64,000 nucleotides of DNA, from assembly GCA_025055835.1 (NCBI GenBank), contig JANWWR010000006.1, positions 59,120 through 123,119 on the forward strand, given 5' to 3'. This DNA comes from Gemmatales bacterium (lineage in GTDB: Bacteria; Planctomycetota; Planctomycetia; Gemmatales; HRBIN36). This document shows, in pieces, positions 1-8,783 of the stretch (position 1 is its first letter; the number at the start of each line of letters is the position of its first letter). The notes beneath the pieces were generated by a model. It was not told where the DNA came from. It saw nothing but the letters and a program-made list of their open reading frames with translations, and did not search any database. The position numbers and the translations under genes were made by a program.

Positions 1-2
1 TG

Positions 3-1307
3 AACTACGTCCACGAACTCAGCGACGAAGAGCGGCAGAAGTTCATTGAAAACGCCATCCAAGCCGGGCTGCAAAGTCTGGACATCCACTCGGCCTACAT
101 CAATCCCAAGGACTTCAAGGCCTTCAGCCGACAGAGCGAAGGCGTTTTTGGCGGCGTCGGCATCCAGATCGTCGTGGACCGGGAGTCCCGGCGAATCGTG
201 GTCATCAGTCCCATCGTCGGTACCCCGGCGTACAAGGCCGGCATCAAGCCCGGGGACGAGATCGAGATGATAGACGGGGAACCGACCCAGGGCATGTCCG
301 CCGAGGACGCCGTCGAACGCATTCAGGGGCCGCCAGGAACCACGGTCCGGCTGACTATCCGTCCCCGCGGTTCGACGCGGACCGTGGAGAAGACGCTGGT
401 CCGCAGCATCATCGAGGTCGAAAGCGTCCTAGGCGATCAGCGGGATGCCAATAAAAAGTGGGACTTCATGCTCGACAAGGAATACCGCATTGCCTACGTG
501 CGGCTGAGCCAGTTCACTAAGAAGTCGTTTGACGAGTTGCGGAATGTGCTGGCTCGTTTGGAGAACGAGCAGGTCCGGGGCCTGATTCTCGACTTACGAA
601 ACAATCCCGGCGGACTGCTCGACTCCGCGGTCAACATCGCCGATCTCTTTTTGACCGGCGGCGTCGTGGTCAGCGTCGAGGGCCGCAACCGGACCCATTC
701 CACTTACGAGGCCCGAGCGCCAGGCACGATGCTGCTCAACCGGCCCGTCGTGGTGTTGATCGATGGGTCAAGTGCCAGCGCCAGCGAGATCGTGGCGGCG
801 GCCTTGCAGGACCACAAACGGGCCGTCGTCATGGGCGAACGGTCTTTCGGCAAGGGCAGCGTCCAGACCTTGATTCCGATGGAAGGGGGCAAGGCGGCCT
901 TGAAGCTGACGACGGCGAAGTACATGCGGCCCAGCGGCAAGAACATCCACCGCTTCCCGGACAGCAAGGAGGAGGACGATTGGGGCGTGCGGCCCGACGT
1001 CGAGGTGCCGCTGACTCGAACGGAACGCGAGGAATACTGGCTGGCCCGAAGGGACCGGGACATTGTCCGCGACGAACTGACGCCGGATCAGGTGCGGGAG
1101 CCTTTGGCCCGTGTCGTCTCGGCCTTGGCCACAGCCTGGCGGTGCGATTCGGCCCTTAACCCTGCCATCTCGGCGGTGGAACTGGGGGCTGCTTCGGAAT
1201 CGCTGCCCTGGCCGCCGCTGCCCTTCAGTGACAAAGTGAGGGACCGAGCCGTAGAGTATCTCAAGGAGCAATTGGGCAAACCAGCTACGGTCCGACGAGC
1301 GAGATGA
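3..1307 (+). CDS. S41 family C-terminal processing peptidase (Ctp/Prc-like), 5' end lies outside the window
   Basis: The reading frame is open from nt 3 (NYVHELSDEERQKF...), upstream of the listed ORF 174..1307. PDZ segment IVVISPIVGTPAYKAGIKPGDEIEMIDGEP. S41 core motifs LILDLRNNPGGLL, VVLIDGSSASASEIV and GERSFGKGSVQT. Confidence 0.9.
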   Translation, partial: NYVHELSDEERQKFIENAIQAGLQSLDIHSAYINPKDFKAFSRQSEGVFGGVGIQIVVDRESRRIVVISPIVGTPAYKAGIKPGDEIEMIDGEPTQGMSAEDAVERIQGPPGTTVRLTIRPRGSTRTVEKTLVRSIIEVESVLGDQRDANKKWDFMLDKEYRIAYVRLSQFTKKSFDELRNVLARLENEQVRGLILDLRNNPGGLLDSAVNIADLFLTGGVVVSVEGRNRTHSTYEARAPGTMLLNRPVVVLIDGSSASASEIVAAALQDHKRAVVMGERSFGKGSVQTLIPMEGGKAALKLTTAKYMRPSGKNIHRFPDSKEEDDWGVRPDVEVPLTRTEREEYWLARRDRDIVRDELTPDQVREPLARVVSALATAWRCDSALNPAISAVELGAASESLPWPPLPFSDKVRDRAVEYLKEQLGKPATVRRAR

Positions 1308-1313
1308 ACCACC

Positions 1314-2345
1314 ATGTATTTCCTGGCCATTGAATCCTCCTGCGACGAGACGGCAGCGGCCGTTTTTGATGACGAGCCTAAGATTCTGGCAAACGTCGTG
1401 GCCTCACAGGCTAAGCTGCACGAACGCTTCGGCGGTGTGGTTCCCGAGGTGGCGGCCCGAGCGCATCTGCAACGACTGTTGCCGGTCATCGACGACGCCT
1501 TGAAGCAGTCCGGCATCACCCTGCGGGACATCGAAGCGATTGCGGTGATGAACACACCGGGCCTGGTGGGTTCACTTCTGGTCGGCGTCAGCGCGGCCAA
1601 GATGCTGGCGGTCGCCCTCGACGTGCCGCTGGTGGCGGTCAATCACATCGAGGCCCACATTTACGCATGCCGCCTCGCTGCCGGGTGCGAAGTGTTCCCG
1701 GCCATCGGGCTGGTAGTCAGTGGCGGACATACTTGCCTGTTTGATTGCCGTTCAGCCCTCGACTTCCGCTTGTTGGGCGCGACCATAGACGACGCCGCTG
1801 GCGAGGCGTTCGACAAGGTGGCCAGCATCCTCGGCCTTGGCTTCCCGGGGGGACCGCTGATCGAGAAGGCTGCCCGGACCGGCGATCCGAAACGTTTCGC
1901 CTTTCCTCGGGCTTTCTTGCGTGACCACCGCTTCGACTTCAGCTTCAGCGGCTTGAAAACGGCCGTGCTTTACGCTCATCGCGATCTAGCCAAGGCCGAG
2001 GGTGGCACGGTTTCCGAACAGACGAAGGCCGACCTCGCCGCCAGCTTCCAGCAGGCGGTCATTGACGTGCTGGTCGGCAAGTGCCGCCAAGCGTTGGAGC
2101 AGACCGGACTGGAAAATCTGTGCGTCGGCGGTGGCGTAGCAGCCAATCAGCCATTCCGGCAAGCCTTGCAGCGGATGACCGAAGAACACGGCTGGCGGTT
2201 GTTCATTCCGCCGATGTCACTGTGCACAGACAACGCGGCGATGGCGGCCATGGCGGTCGAGAAATGGCGGACCGGCCAACTCGCACCGCTCGATCTTGAC
2301 GCCTATCCCACCTACATGCCGTCGGCGGCTCCGGTTCCTGCGTGA
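1314..2345 (+). CDS. tsaD: tRNA N6-adenosine threonylcarbamoyltransferase TsaD (Kae1/Gcp family)
   Basis: N-terminus MYFLAIESSCDETAAAV, metal-binding VNHIEAH, GGVAAN near the C-terminus, and 343 aa as is typical for TsaD. It starts 7 nt after the S41 peptidase stop. Confidence 0.95.
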   Translation: MYFLAIESSCDETAAAVFDDEPKILANVVASQAKLHERFGGVVPEVAARAHLQRLLPVIDDALKQSGITLRDIEAIAVMNTPGLVGSLLVGVSAAKMLAVALDVPLVAVNHIEAHIYACRLAAGCEVFPAIGLVVSGGHTCLFDCRSALDFRLLGATIDDAAGEAFDKVASILGLGFPGGPLIEKAARTGDPKRFAFPRAFLRDHRFDFSFSGLKTAVLYAHRDLAKAEGGTVSEQTKADLAASFQQAVIDVLVGKCRQALEQTGLENLCVGGGVAANQPFRQALQRMTEEHGWRLFIPPMSLCTDNAAMAAMAVEKWRTGQLAPLDLDAYPTYMPSAAPVPA

Positions 2346-2542
2346 AAGCGAAAACTCGCCGTCGGACGAAAACGCATCATTTATGCCGATCCGAGCGCGG
2401 ATGCCGTCCGTCTCATGCTCCGCTCGGCAAAAACCGGCGTGGATTCTCGTCGTCGGCCTGCTCTTTCCCCCGGCGCGGTTAGACTCACCGACAGAGCGTG
2501 GCGCGATGATCTCCGAAATCCCCGAAGCAGGATGGCATTCCC

Positions 2543-2920
2543 ATGATGCGTTGGATGATTGCGACTCTGATGGGCTTGGGAGCATTGGTCGGTCTGGCTG
2601 AGTCTGCCCGGGCCGATGGTCATGCCTGGTACTATCCCTACGGGTGGTATGTGCCGAAAGGCTCGTACTGGGTGCGCTGGCATGGGCTGAGGGAACCCTG
2701 GACGCCGCCGACGCCGACTGCGTGGACGGTGGTTCGGCCGTGGCAGCCTGGGTGCGGAGGCTGTCTGCCTGCCAGTCCGACGGTCCCCTTCATTCCGGCC
2801 CCGTACCTTCCCCCGGAACCGTGCGAGGAGCTTTGGACCTACGGCAAGATCAACGGCACTAAGCCGGTCATTCGGCAACTTGTGCCAATGACGGGTCCGC
2901 TGGCCGCCGACGCTCCTTAG
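2543..2920 (+). CDS. small secreted hypothetical protein, Trp/Tyr/Pro-rich
   Basis: Signal-peptide-like N-terminus MMRWMIATLMGLGALVGLAESARA, followed by an aromatic/Pro-rich mature part (HAWYYPYGWYVPKGSYWVRWHGL...). No family recognised. Confidence 0.45.
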   Translation: MMRWMIATLMGLGALVGLAESARADGHAWYYPYGWYVPKGSYWVRWHGLREPWTPPTPTAWTVVRPWQPGCGGCLPASPTVPFIPAPYLPPEPCEELWTYGKINGTKPVIRQLVPMTGPLAADAP

Positions 2921-2948
2921 CCGTCGGATTCAAAGCGTGATCGTCTTT

Positions 2949-2998
2949 AAGGGCGTCGTCTCTCAAGGGGAACAGGGGGCGACGCCCTTGGCATTTTT
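2949..2998. terminator. putative bidirectional intrinsic terminator between convergent genes
   Basis: Perfect 10-bp inverted repeat AAGGGCGTCG (2949-2958) / CGACGCCCTT (2980-2989), followed by GGCATTTTTC. It lies between the + gene ending at 2920 and the - gene ending at 3024. Confidence 0.5.
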
Positions 2999-3023
2999 CA
3001 AGCCCCAAGCTACTTGCCCCGGT

Positions 3024-3320
3024 TTATCGCAGAGGGAGAGAGACGTCACCTTCCAACCGCCAATGCCCTTCGCCGGAGCGGTCCCAAAGCATCGCGATAA
3101 CCAAAAGCCCGACGGCTAATCCGAGGTAAACCAGTCCCCTGTGCGGCTGAAAGGCGATCAGTACGCTTCCCAGGCCGAGCACTCCTAACGTGCCGAGAAA
3201 GAGCCGTCGGCCCCATCGGGCCAGATAGGAATCCTGTCGGCAGCGGCACCAGACGATGCCGACCGCCCCAACAGCAAATGCAGCAAGGGTGGAAACGAGG
3301 AGCAGAAAGGGAAACAGCAC
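3024..3320 (-). CDS. small integral membrane protein, hypothetical
   Basis: The 98-aa ORF has three hydrophobic stretches (LFPFLLLVSTLAAFAVGAVGIVW, LFLGTLGVLGLGSVLIAF, LVYLGLAVGLLVIAMLW). No family recognised. Confidence 0.45.
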   Translation of the reverse strand: MLFPFLLLVSTLAAFAVGAVGIVWCRCRQDSYLARWGRRLFLGTLGVLGLGSVLIAFQPHRGLVYLGLAVGLLVIAMLWDRSGEGHWRLEGDVSLPLR

Positions 3321-3548
3321 GGGTCGGTCCCTCCACGAACGGGTCTGCGGGATAGCGGACGAGACGGGCCTGGGTCAGAGGCGGCGAGAACCGTCTTGCG
3401 ATCCGGGCCGGACCATAGCAAGCGTCTGCCAGTGATGCCAGCCCAACTGGAAGACGGCGAAGCCGCTACGGCTTGCGCGCTCTCTCCGCCAATTGCGTCG
3501 GAAGCACATCGCTACCTACAATTGCCATAGGCGGGGGAAGGAGAGGGC

Positions 3549-4448
3549 ATGCCGAGCCGCTGGATAAGCTGGTCGATTATCGTTTTCTGGATCGGAATGA
3601 TGGTCTGGTTGACCGGGGCGGAGTTGTATCACCGCTTCGGCACCCGTCCCCGTCTGCAAGACACTCTCGCCGCCAGTGCCCAAGCCGGTCCCGTGCATTG
3701 GAACATCACGGAAATCCTTCGACGGGATCGGCCACCCAAGGAAGGAGAGGCCCCGGAGGAGCGTCCGCTGGGCACCGCCGTCACGGAAGTCCGACTGGAC
3801 GCCCGAAGCGGGAAGTACCAGTTAGCCCAGCAGATCCATCTGCATCGGCTTTTTAACACCGGCTTTTCCTTGAATCTGACCAGTCGTTCTGAGGTCAATC
3901 TGTTTGGCCGTCTACAGCAAATCAGTTTCAACGCCACCGTACCGGAAGTGAATCTGCATTGCGAACTGGTCGGCCGACCTCAAGGGCCGGACAAGCTCCG
4001 TGTTCAAGCCTTTTTCCGCTTCGGCTCGGAGCATCACGAGGTCCAACAGACTATTTCCTACGACGGCACCGACCTGGTGCTTTCCAGCCTCTGTCCGTTG
4101 GACCGGATGCCGGGCCTGAGACCGGGGCAAACCTGGAAGACGCCCATGGTCGATCCGGTCGAGTCGATCCTGGGGCAGTCGTTCTCCTCGGGCAATCTGC
4201 CCAAGGCGGAAATCACCCGGCCGCTGGTCACGGTGCGTGTCTGGGATCAGCCACAGGGGTTGCTGTGGCGTGGAGAATTTGTTCCTTGTCTGGTCGTTGA
4301 AGCGGTGCAAGGCGGCAGAAGCATGAAGATTTACGTGCGGGAATCGGATGGCCTCGTGCTCAGACAAACAGCGGAACTGGGTTCGCTTTCTCCTTTGACG
4401 TTGGCTGTGACTCGTGACCCTCGCAAATCCCACGGGGTCATCCCCTAG
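3549..4448 (+). CDS. membrane-anchored hypothetical protein, first gene of an ABC-transporter operon
   Basis: SD-like GGGGGAAGGAGAGGG lies directly upstream of the ATG. N-terminal TM anchor WISWSIIVFWIGMMVWLTGA, then a beta-rich soluble part. The ABC ATPase gene follows 23 nt downstream. Confidence 0.6.
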   Translation: MPSRWISWSIIVFWIGMMVWLTGAELYHRFGTRPRLQDTLAASAQAGPVHWNITEILRRDRPPKEGEAPEERPLGTAVTEVRLDARSGKYQLAQQIHLHRLFNTGFSLNLTSRSEVNLFGRLQQISFNATVPEVNLHCELVGRPQGPDKLRVQAFFRFGSEHHEVQQTISYDGTDLVLSSLCPLDRMPGLRPGQTWKTPMVDPVESILGQSFSSGNLPKAEITRPLVTVRVWDQPQGLLWRGEFVPCLVVEAVQGGRSMKIYVRESDGLVLRQTAELGSLSPLTLAVTRDPRKSHGVIP

Positions 4449-4471
4449 GCGGAGTGCTTGTCTTGTCCGCA

Positions 4472-5227
4472 ATGATCGAATTGCACGACGTAAGCAAGTT
4501 CTACGGCGATAAACTGGCCGTGGACGGACTGACCTTGACCATCTCCCGCGGCGAGCTGTTCGCCTTTCTCGGTCCCAACGGGGCCGGCAAGACGACGACG
4601 ATCAAAATGCTATGCGGCTTGCTTTTTCCGAGTCGGGGCACGATCCGCATCGGCGGCTACGATGTCCAGAAGCAAGGCGACCTCGCCCGGCAGATCATCA
4701 GCTACGTTCCCGATCAGCCGTTTCTCTATGAGAAGCTCACCGGACGGGAGTTTCTCGAATTCATCCGGGAAATGTACGGCATGGACCCGGTTTCGGGCCG
4801 CAGACGCATCGAGGAGCTGATCGAGGTCTTCGAGCTGACTTCTTTTGTGGATGATTTGACCGAGAGCTATTCCCACGGCATGAAGCAGCGGACCGTCTTC
4901 GCGGCAGCTTTGCTCCATCAGCCGGAGGTGTTGATTGTTGATGAACCGATGGTCGGTCTGGATCCCAAAAGCCAAAGGCTCGTGAAGGACCTGATGCGAC
5001 GGGAAGTGGCGCGCGGCGGGACTGTCTTCATGTCCACCCATCTGCTCGGCGACGTGGAGGAACTGGCGACGCGGATCGGCATCGTGCATCGGGGACGGCT
5101 CATCGGCTGCGGCACCCTGGACACGCTCCGCAAACAAGCCGCCCACGACGGCTCATTGGAGGATGTGTTCCTGCGTCTGACAGCGGAGGAGGAACCGGCG
5201 GCGTTGGCAGCCAAGGAGGCCTCATGA
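4472..5227 (+). CDS. ABC transporter ATP-binding protein (ABC-2/DrrA-like)
   Basis: Walker A GPNGAGKTTT, signature variant YSHGMKQR, Walker B VLIVDEPMVGLD and an H-loop (FMSTH). I chose the ATG at 4472 (MIELHDVSKFYG); the track's 4454 is a GTG alternative. Confidence 0.9.
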   Translation: MIELHDVSKFYGDKLAVDGLTLTISRGELFAFLGPNGAGKTTTIKMLCGLLFPSRGTIRIGGYDVQKQGDLARQIISYVPDQPFLYEKLTGREFLEFIREMYGMDPVSGRRRIEELIEVFELTSFVDDLTESYSHGMKQRTVFAAALLHQPEVLIVDEPMVGLDPKSQRLVKDLMRREVARGGTVFMSTHLLGDVEELATRIGIVHRGRLIGCGTLDTLRKQAAHDGSLEDVFLRLTAEEEPAALAAKEAS

Positions 5228-6993
5228 GCGACATCGCCCTGCCCCTGGAACGCCGATCCTCTGACGGTCCGCGGCAGATGGCCCTTTTCCGCCGCCTCCA
5301 GCGCACGCTGTTGAAAAATGGCGTGTGGCAGGCTGTTCGCAAGTCCCGCCTGCGGATCGGGCTGATCCTTGTCCTGAGTCTCATGATCTGGGGCGGCCTG
5401 TACGGATTGTTCCGCGAAGGCTTCGTCTTCCTTCGCAACCTCGAAACCACGGTGCCGATCAGCTTCTACATCATCGAACTGCTCTTTGGCATGTTCTTCC
5501 TCGTACTGACCGGCCTCTTGATCTTCTCCGTCGGCATCTTTTTACACGAAAGTTTGTTCCGGGCCTCGGAGACGCGGTATCTCCTGACCACACCGGCGCG
5601 AGCGGACCAGATTTTCGGATACAAGTTCCGGGAAGCAGTGTTTTTCAGTGGCTGGGCGTTTCTGCTCCTCGGTTCGCCGCTGCTCATCGCCTATGGCATC
5701 GAGATGCGGGCCGATTGGCCGTATTTCATCTTGTTTCTGCCATTTCTGGTGGGCTTCCTCATACTTCCCGCCTCCATTGGAGCTTTGGGCTGTTTGCTGA
5801 TCGTCGATCTGTTCCCGCGGCATCGGCGGCTGGTGCTGGGCTTGATGGTGTTGGCGGTGGTGCTTTTGGGCGTCGTCTGGCTCGTGTATCTGTTTTATGA
5901 TGCTCGGTCGGAGGGACTGTCCGAGGCGTGGCTGCAAAAGCTGCTCAATCACCTGCGGCCAAGCCAGTGGTGGGGGCTGCCGAGCCGATGGATGACCGCC
6001 GGGCTGATGTCGGCGGCCCACAGCCGCTTCGACGACGCCCTGTTCTACCTGGCCCTGGTCTGGAGCAATGGCCTGTTCGCCTATCTGCTGGCCGCGTGGA
6101 CGGCGGGACGAATCTATCGCCGGGCCTACAACGGCGTCAACAGTACTGGCGGATCGCGGACGGCCAACCTGATTGATAAGGTTCTCCGGGCCTTCGCGAA
6201 TGGCTTCGACCGGCTTGCTTACCTGCTCTTGGCCTGGACCGACGCTCGAACGCGGTTGTTCATTCTCAAGGACCTGCGAACCTTCCGCCGCGACTCGGCC
6301 CAGATGGCCCAGGTCTTGATTCTGGGCGGGATTCTGTTCCTGTATTTCATCAACATCCGCTGGCTGCCCCACGGGCAGTATGCCGACTACGAACGGACGC
6401 TGATCGGGCTGATGAACGTGGCAGTCATCGGACTCATGATGGCGACGTACACGAGTCGTTTCGTCTTCCCGTTGATGAGTCTGGAAGGGCGGAATTTCTG
6501 GATTCTGGGCTTATTGCCGATCAGCCGGGAACGTCTGCTTCTGAGCAAGTTCGCCTATGCCGCCGCGGTGACGGTTACGATCGGACTGGGCTTGGCGACG
6601 ATCAGCGAAGTGATGCTCCGGCTGGCATGGCCAATCGTGGCCGTGCATCTCCTGGCGGTGCTGGTGTTGTCGCTTGGTCTGTCGGCGATCAGCGTGGGTC
6701 TGGGCACCTACCTTGTCAACCTCAAGGAAACCAACCCGTCAAAGATCGCCACGGGGTTCGGCGGAACGATCAACTTGTTGGTCAGTCTGGTGTTCGCTCT
6801 AACGGTGATCGTGCTGGCGGGTGTCTCTACGCTGCTCTATTTCGCGGATCCCAACTTGCTGGAGCCGGAAACCGTCCTGCGGGTGCGATGGTGGATGGGA
6901 TTAAGCGTGGCGGTGTTGTGTCTGACGGGCATGGCGGCGGTGATCCTTCCGCTGCGTCTCGGCATCCGCGCCTTTCGTCGCATGGAGTTTTAG
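5224..6993 (+). CDS. polytopic membrane protein, presumed permease partner of the preceding ABC ATPase
   Basis: ATGA start/stop overlap with the ATPase gene. The 589-aa product has more than 10 hydrophobic helices throughout. No specific family confirmed. Confidence 0.7.
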   Translation: MSDIALPLERRSSDGPRQMALFRRLQRTLLKNGVWQAVRKSRLRIGLILVLSLMIWGGLYGLFREGFVFLRNLETTVPISFYIIELLFGMFFLVLTGLLIFSVGIFLHESLFRASETRYLLTTPARADQIFGYKFREAVFFSGWAFLLLGSPLLIAYGIEMRADWPYFILFLPFLVGFLILPASIGALGCLLIVDLFPRHRRLVLGLMVLAVVLLGVVWLVYLFYDARSEGLSEAWLQKLLNHLRPSQWWGLPSRWMTAGLMSAAHSRFDDALFYLALVWSNGLFAYLLAAWTAGRIYRRAYNGVNSTGGSRTANLIDKVLRAFANGFDRLAYLLLAWTDARTRLFILKDLRTFRRDSAQMAQVLILGGILFLYFINIRWLPHGQYADYERTLIGLMNVAVIGLMMATYTSRFVFPLMSLEGRNFWILGLLPISRERLLLSKFAYAAAVTVTIGLGLATISEVMLRLAWPIVAVHLLAVLVLSLGLSAISVGLGTYLVNLKETNPSKIATGFGGTINLLVSLVFALTVIVLAGVSTLLYFADPNLLEPETVLRVRWWMGLSVAVLCLTGMAAVILPLRLGIRAFRRMEF

Positions 6994-7007
6994 GGTGAGG
7001 AACGCCC

Positions 7008-8258
7008 ATGGCGAAATTCAGGCAAGTTTTGACCGTGGTTCTGGCCGGAGGAAAGGGCACCCGGCTGGAACCGCTGACGCGCGACCGGGCCAAACCGGCC
7101 GTGCCATTCGGAGGCGTCTATCGCATCATTGATTTCCCGCTGTCCAACTGCATCAACAGTGGCTTGCGGCAAATCTTCGTTCTGACCCAATACAAAGCCC
7201 GGTCGTTGGATCGGCATCTGAGCCGAGCTTGGGGGTTTCTCAGCCGGGAATTGGGCGAATTCATCGAAGTCCTGCCGCCGCAACAGCGCATCGACGAACA
7301 CTGGTACCAGGGCACCGCCGACGCCATCTACCAGAACATCTACAGCATCGAGAAGGAAGACCCGAAGTACGTCCTGATCCTCGCCGGAGACCACATCTAC
7401 AAGATGGATTACGGCGACATGATTCACGCCCACATCGAGCGAGGCGCGGACCTGACGATTGGCTGCATTCCGGTGCCGCTCAAGGACAGCATTCATTTCG
7501 GCGTCATGGAGCTGGATCGGGAAGGGCGTGTCGTTGGTTTTCGCGAGAAGCCGCCCCAGGCCGCGCCCATGCCGGATGATCCCCAGCATTGCCTGGCCTC
7601 AATGGGCATTTATGTCTTCACGGCCAAGGTGCTCTACGAACTCCTGCTCCAGGACGCCGGACGGCAAGACAGCGAGCACGACTTCGGCAAGAACATCATT
7701 CCACGCATCATCGAGACGCACCGGGTCTATGGCTTCCGCTTCCGGGACAAGAACCGTAAGGCGGTACCCTATTGGCGGGATGTCGGCACCTTGGATGCCT
7801 ACTACCAGGCTAACATGGACCTGGTCGAAGTCGATCCTGTGCTCAACCTCTACGACCGTGAATGGCCGATCCGCACATTCCAGCCGCAGCTTCCGCCGCC
7901 GAAGTTCGTTTTCAGTGAGGAGGGTCTGGGACCGCAATTCCGCCGCGGCGAGGCGATTGACAGCGCCGTGTGTCAGGGCTGCATCATTAGCGGCGGCCAT
8001 GTCCGAAAAAGCATCCTCTCGCCGGATGTGCGGATCAACAGTTACGCCCTGGTTGAAAACTCGATCCTGCTTGACGGCGTGGACATCGGCAGAAATTGCC
8101 GCATCCGCAACACGATCATTGACAAGGGCGTGAAAGTGCCGCCGGGGACGGTGATCGGCTACGATCTGGACCACGATCGGGCCAGGGGCTGGGTGACGAC
8201 GGAGCAAGGCGTCGTCGTCATTCCCAAGGACGAATCGGCCGAGACTTTCCGCAAGTGA
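7008..8258 (+). CDS. glgC: glucose-1-phosphate adenylyltransferase
   Basis: VLAGGKGTRLEPLTRDRAKPAVPFGGVYRIIDFPLSNCINSG, WYQGTADA, and a C-terminal left-handed beta-helix region. SD GGTGAGGAA upstream. Confidence 0.95.
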   Translation: MAKFRQVLTVVLAGGKGTRLEPLTRDRAKPAVPFGGVYRIIDFPLSNCINSGLRQIFVLTQYKARSLDRHLSRAWGFLSRELGEFIEVLPPQQRIDEHWYQGTADAIYQNIYSIEKEDPKYVLILAGDHIYKMDYGDMIHAHIERGADLTIGCIPVPLKDSIHFGVMELDREGRVVGFREKPPQAAPMPDDPQHCLASMGIYVFTAKVLYELLLQDAGRQDSEHDFGKNIIPRIIETHRVYGFRFRDKNRKAVPYWRDVGTLDAYYQANMDLVEVDPVLNLYDREWPIRTFQPQLPPPKFVFSEEGLGPQFRRGEAIDSAVCQGCIISGGHVRKSILSPDVRINSYALVENSILLDGVDIGRNCRIRNTIIDKGVKVPPGTVIGYDLDHDRARGWVTTEQGVVVIPKDESAETFRK

Positions 8259-8782
8259 ATCGAAGGATGAAGGCCGTGGCAACGGAACAAACCTATCCGG
8301 CAGACCCGCCGCTTCGCCGTCCGAATCTGTGGCTGTGGGGATTATTTGGGGCCGTCGTCGGCGTCATCGCCTGCATTGTCGTGCTGAACTGGTGGAACAG
8401 CCGACTTGCTCTGACGGCGGAACGCCTGGCCCAGGCTCGACAGCTTTGGCGGACTAACGGCCCAGCGAATTACGATCTCGAAGTTTCAGTCAAAGGCAAG
8501 ACCCAGGGCCGATACACGATTCAGGTTCGCCAGGGCAAAGTCACGGCCGCAACCTGTGATGGCCAGCCATTTGAAAAGCTGGACCAAGCTTACCCGTGGA
8601 CCGTATCAGGGCTGTTTGAGGTCGTGCTGCAAGCCGACCTGGAGGAACTGACCCGGCCGGATCGCCGACCGTTCTACACCCGCGTCGAGTTCGACCCCGT
8701 GTATGGCCATCCAACCCGCTATCTGCGATCGGGGGAGGGCCACCAGGTTCAAATCGAGGTCAAATTGAACCCGCAGCCGTAG
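8255..8782 (+). CDS. membrane-anchored hypothetical protein
   Basis: The GTG at 8255 overlaps the glgC stop (GTGA); an alternative ATG is at 8267. One TM helix (LWLWGLFGAVVGVIACIVVLNWW), then a roughly 120-aa soluble domain. No family confirmed. Confidence 0.5.
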   Translation: MNRRMKAVATEQTYPADPPLRRPNLWLWGLFGAVVGVIACIVVLNWWNSRLALTAERLAQARQLWRTNGPANYDLEVSVKGKTQGRYTIQVRQGKVTAATCDGQPFEKLDQAYPWTVSGLFEVVLQADLEELTRPDRRPFYTRVEFDPVYGHPTRYLRSGEGHQVQIEVKLNPQP

Positions 8783-8783
8783 G

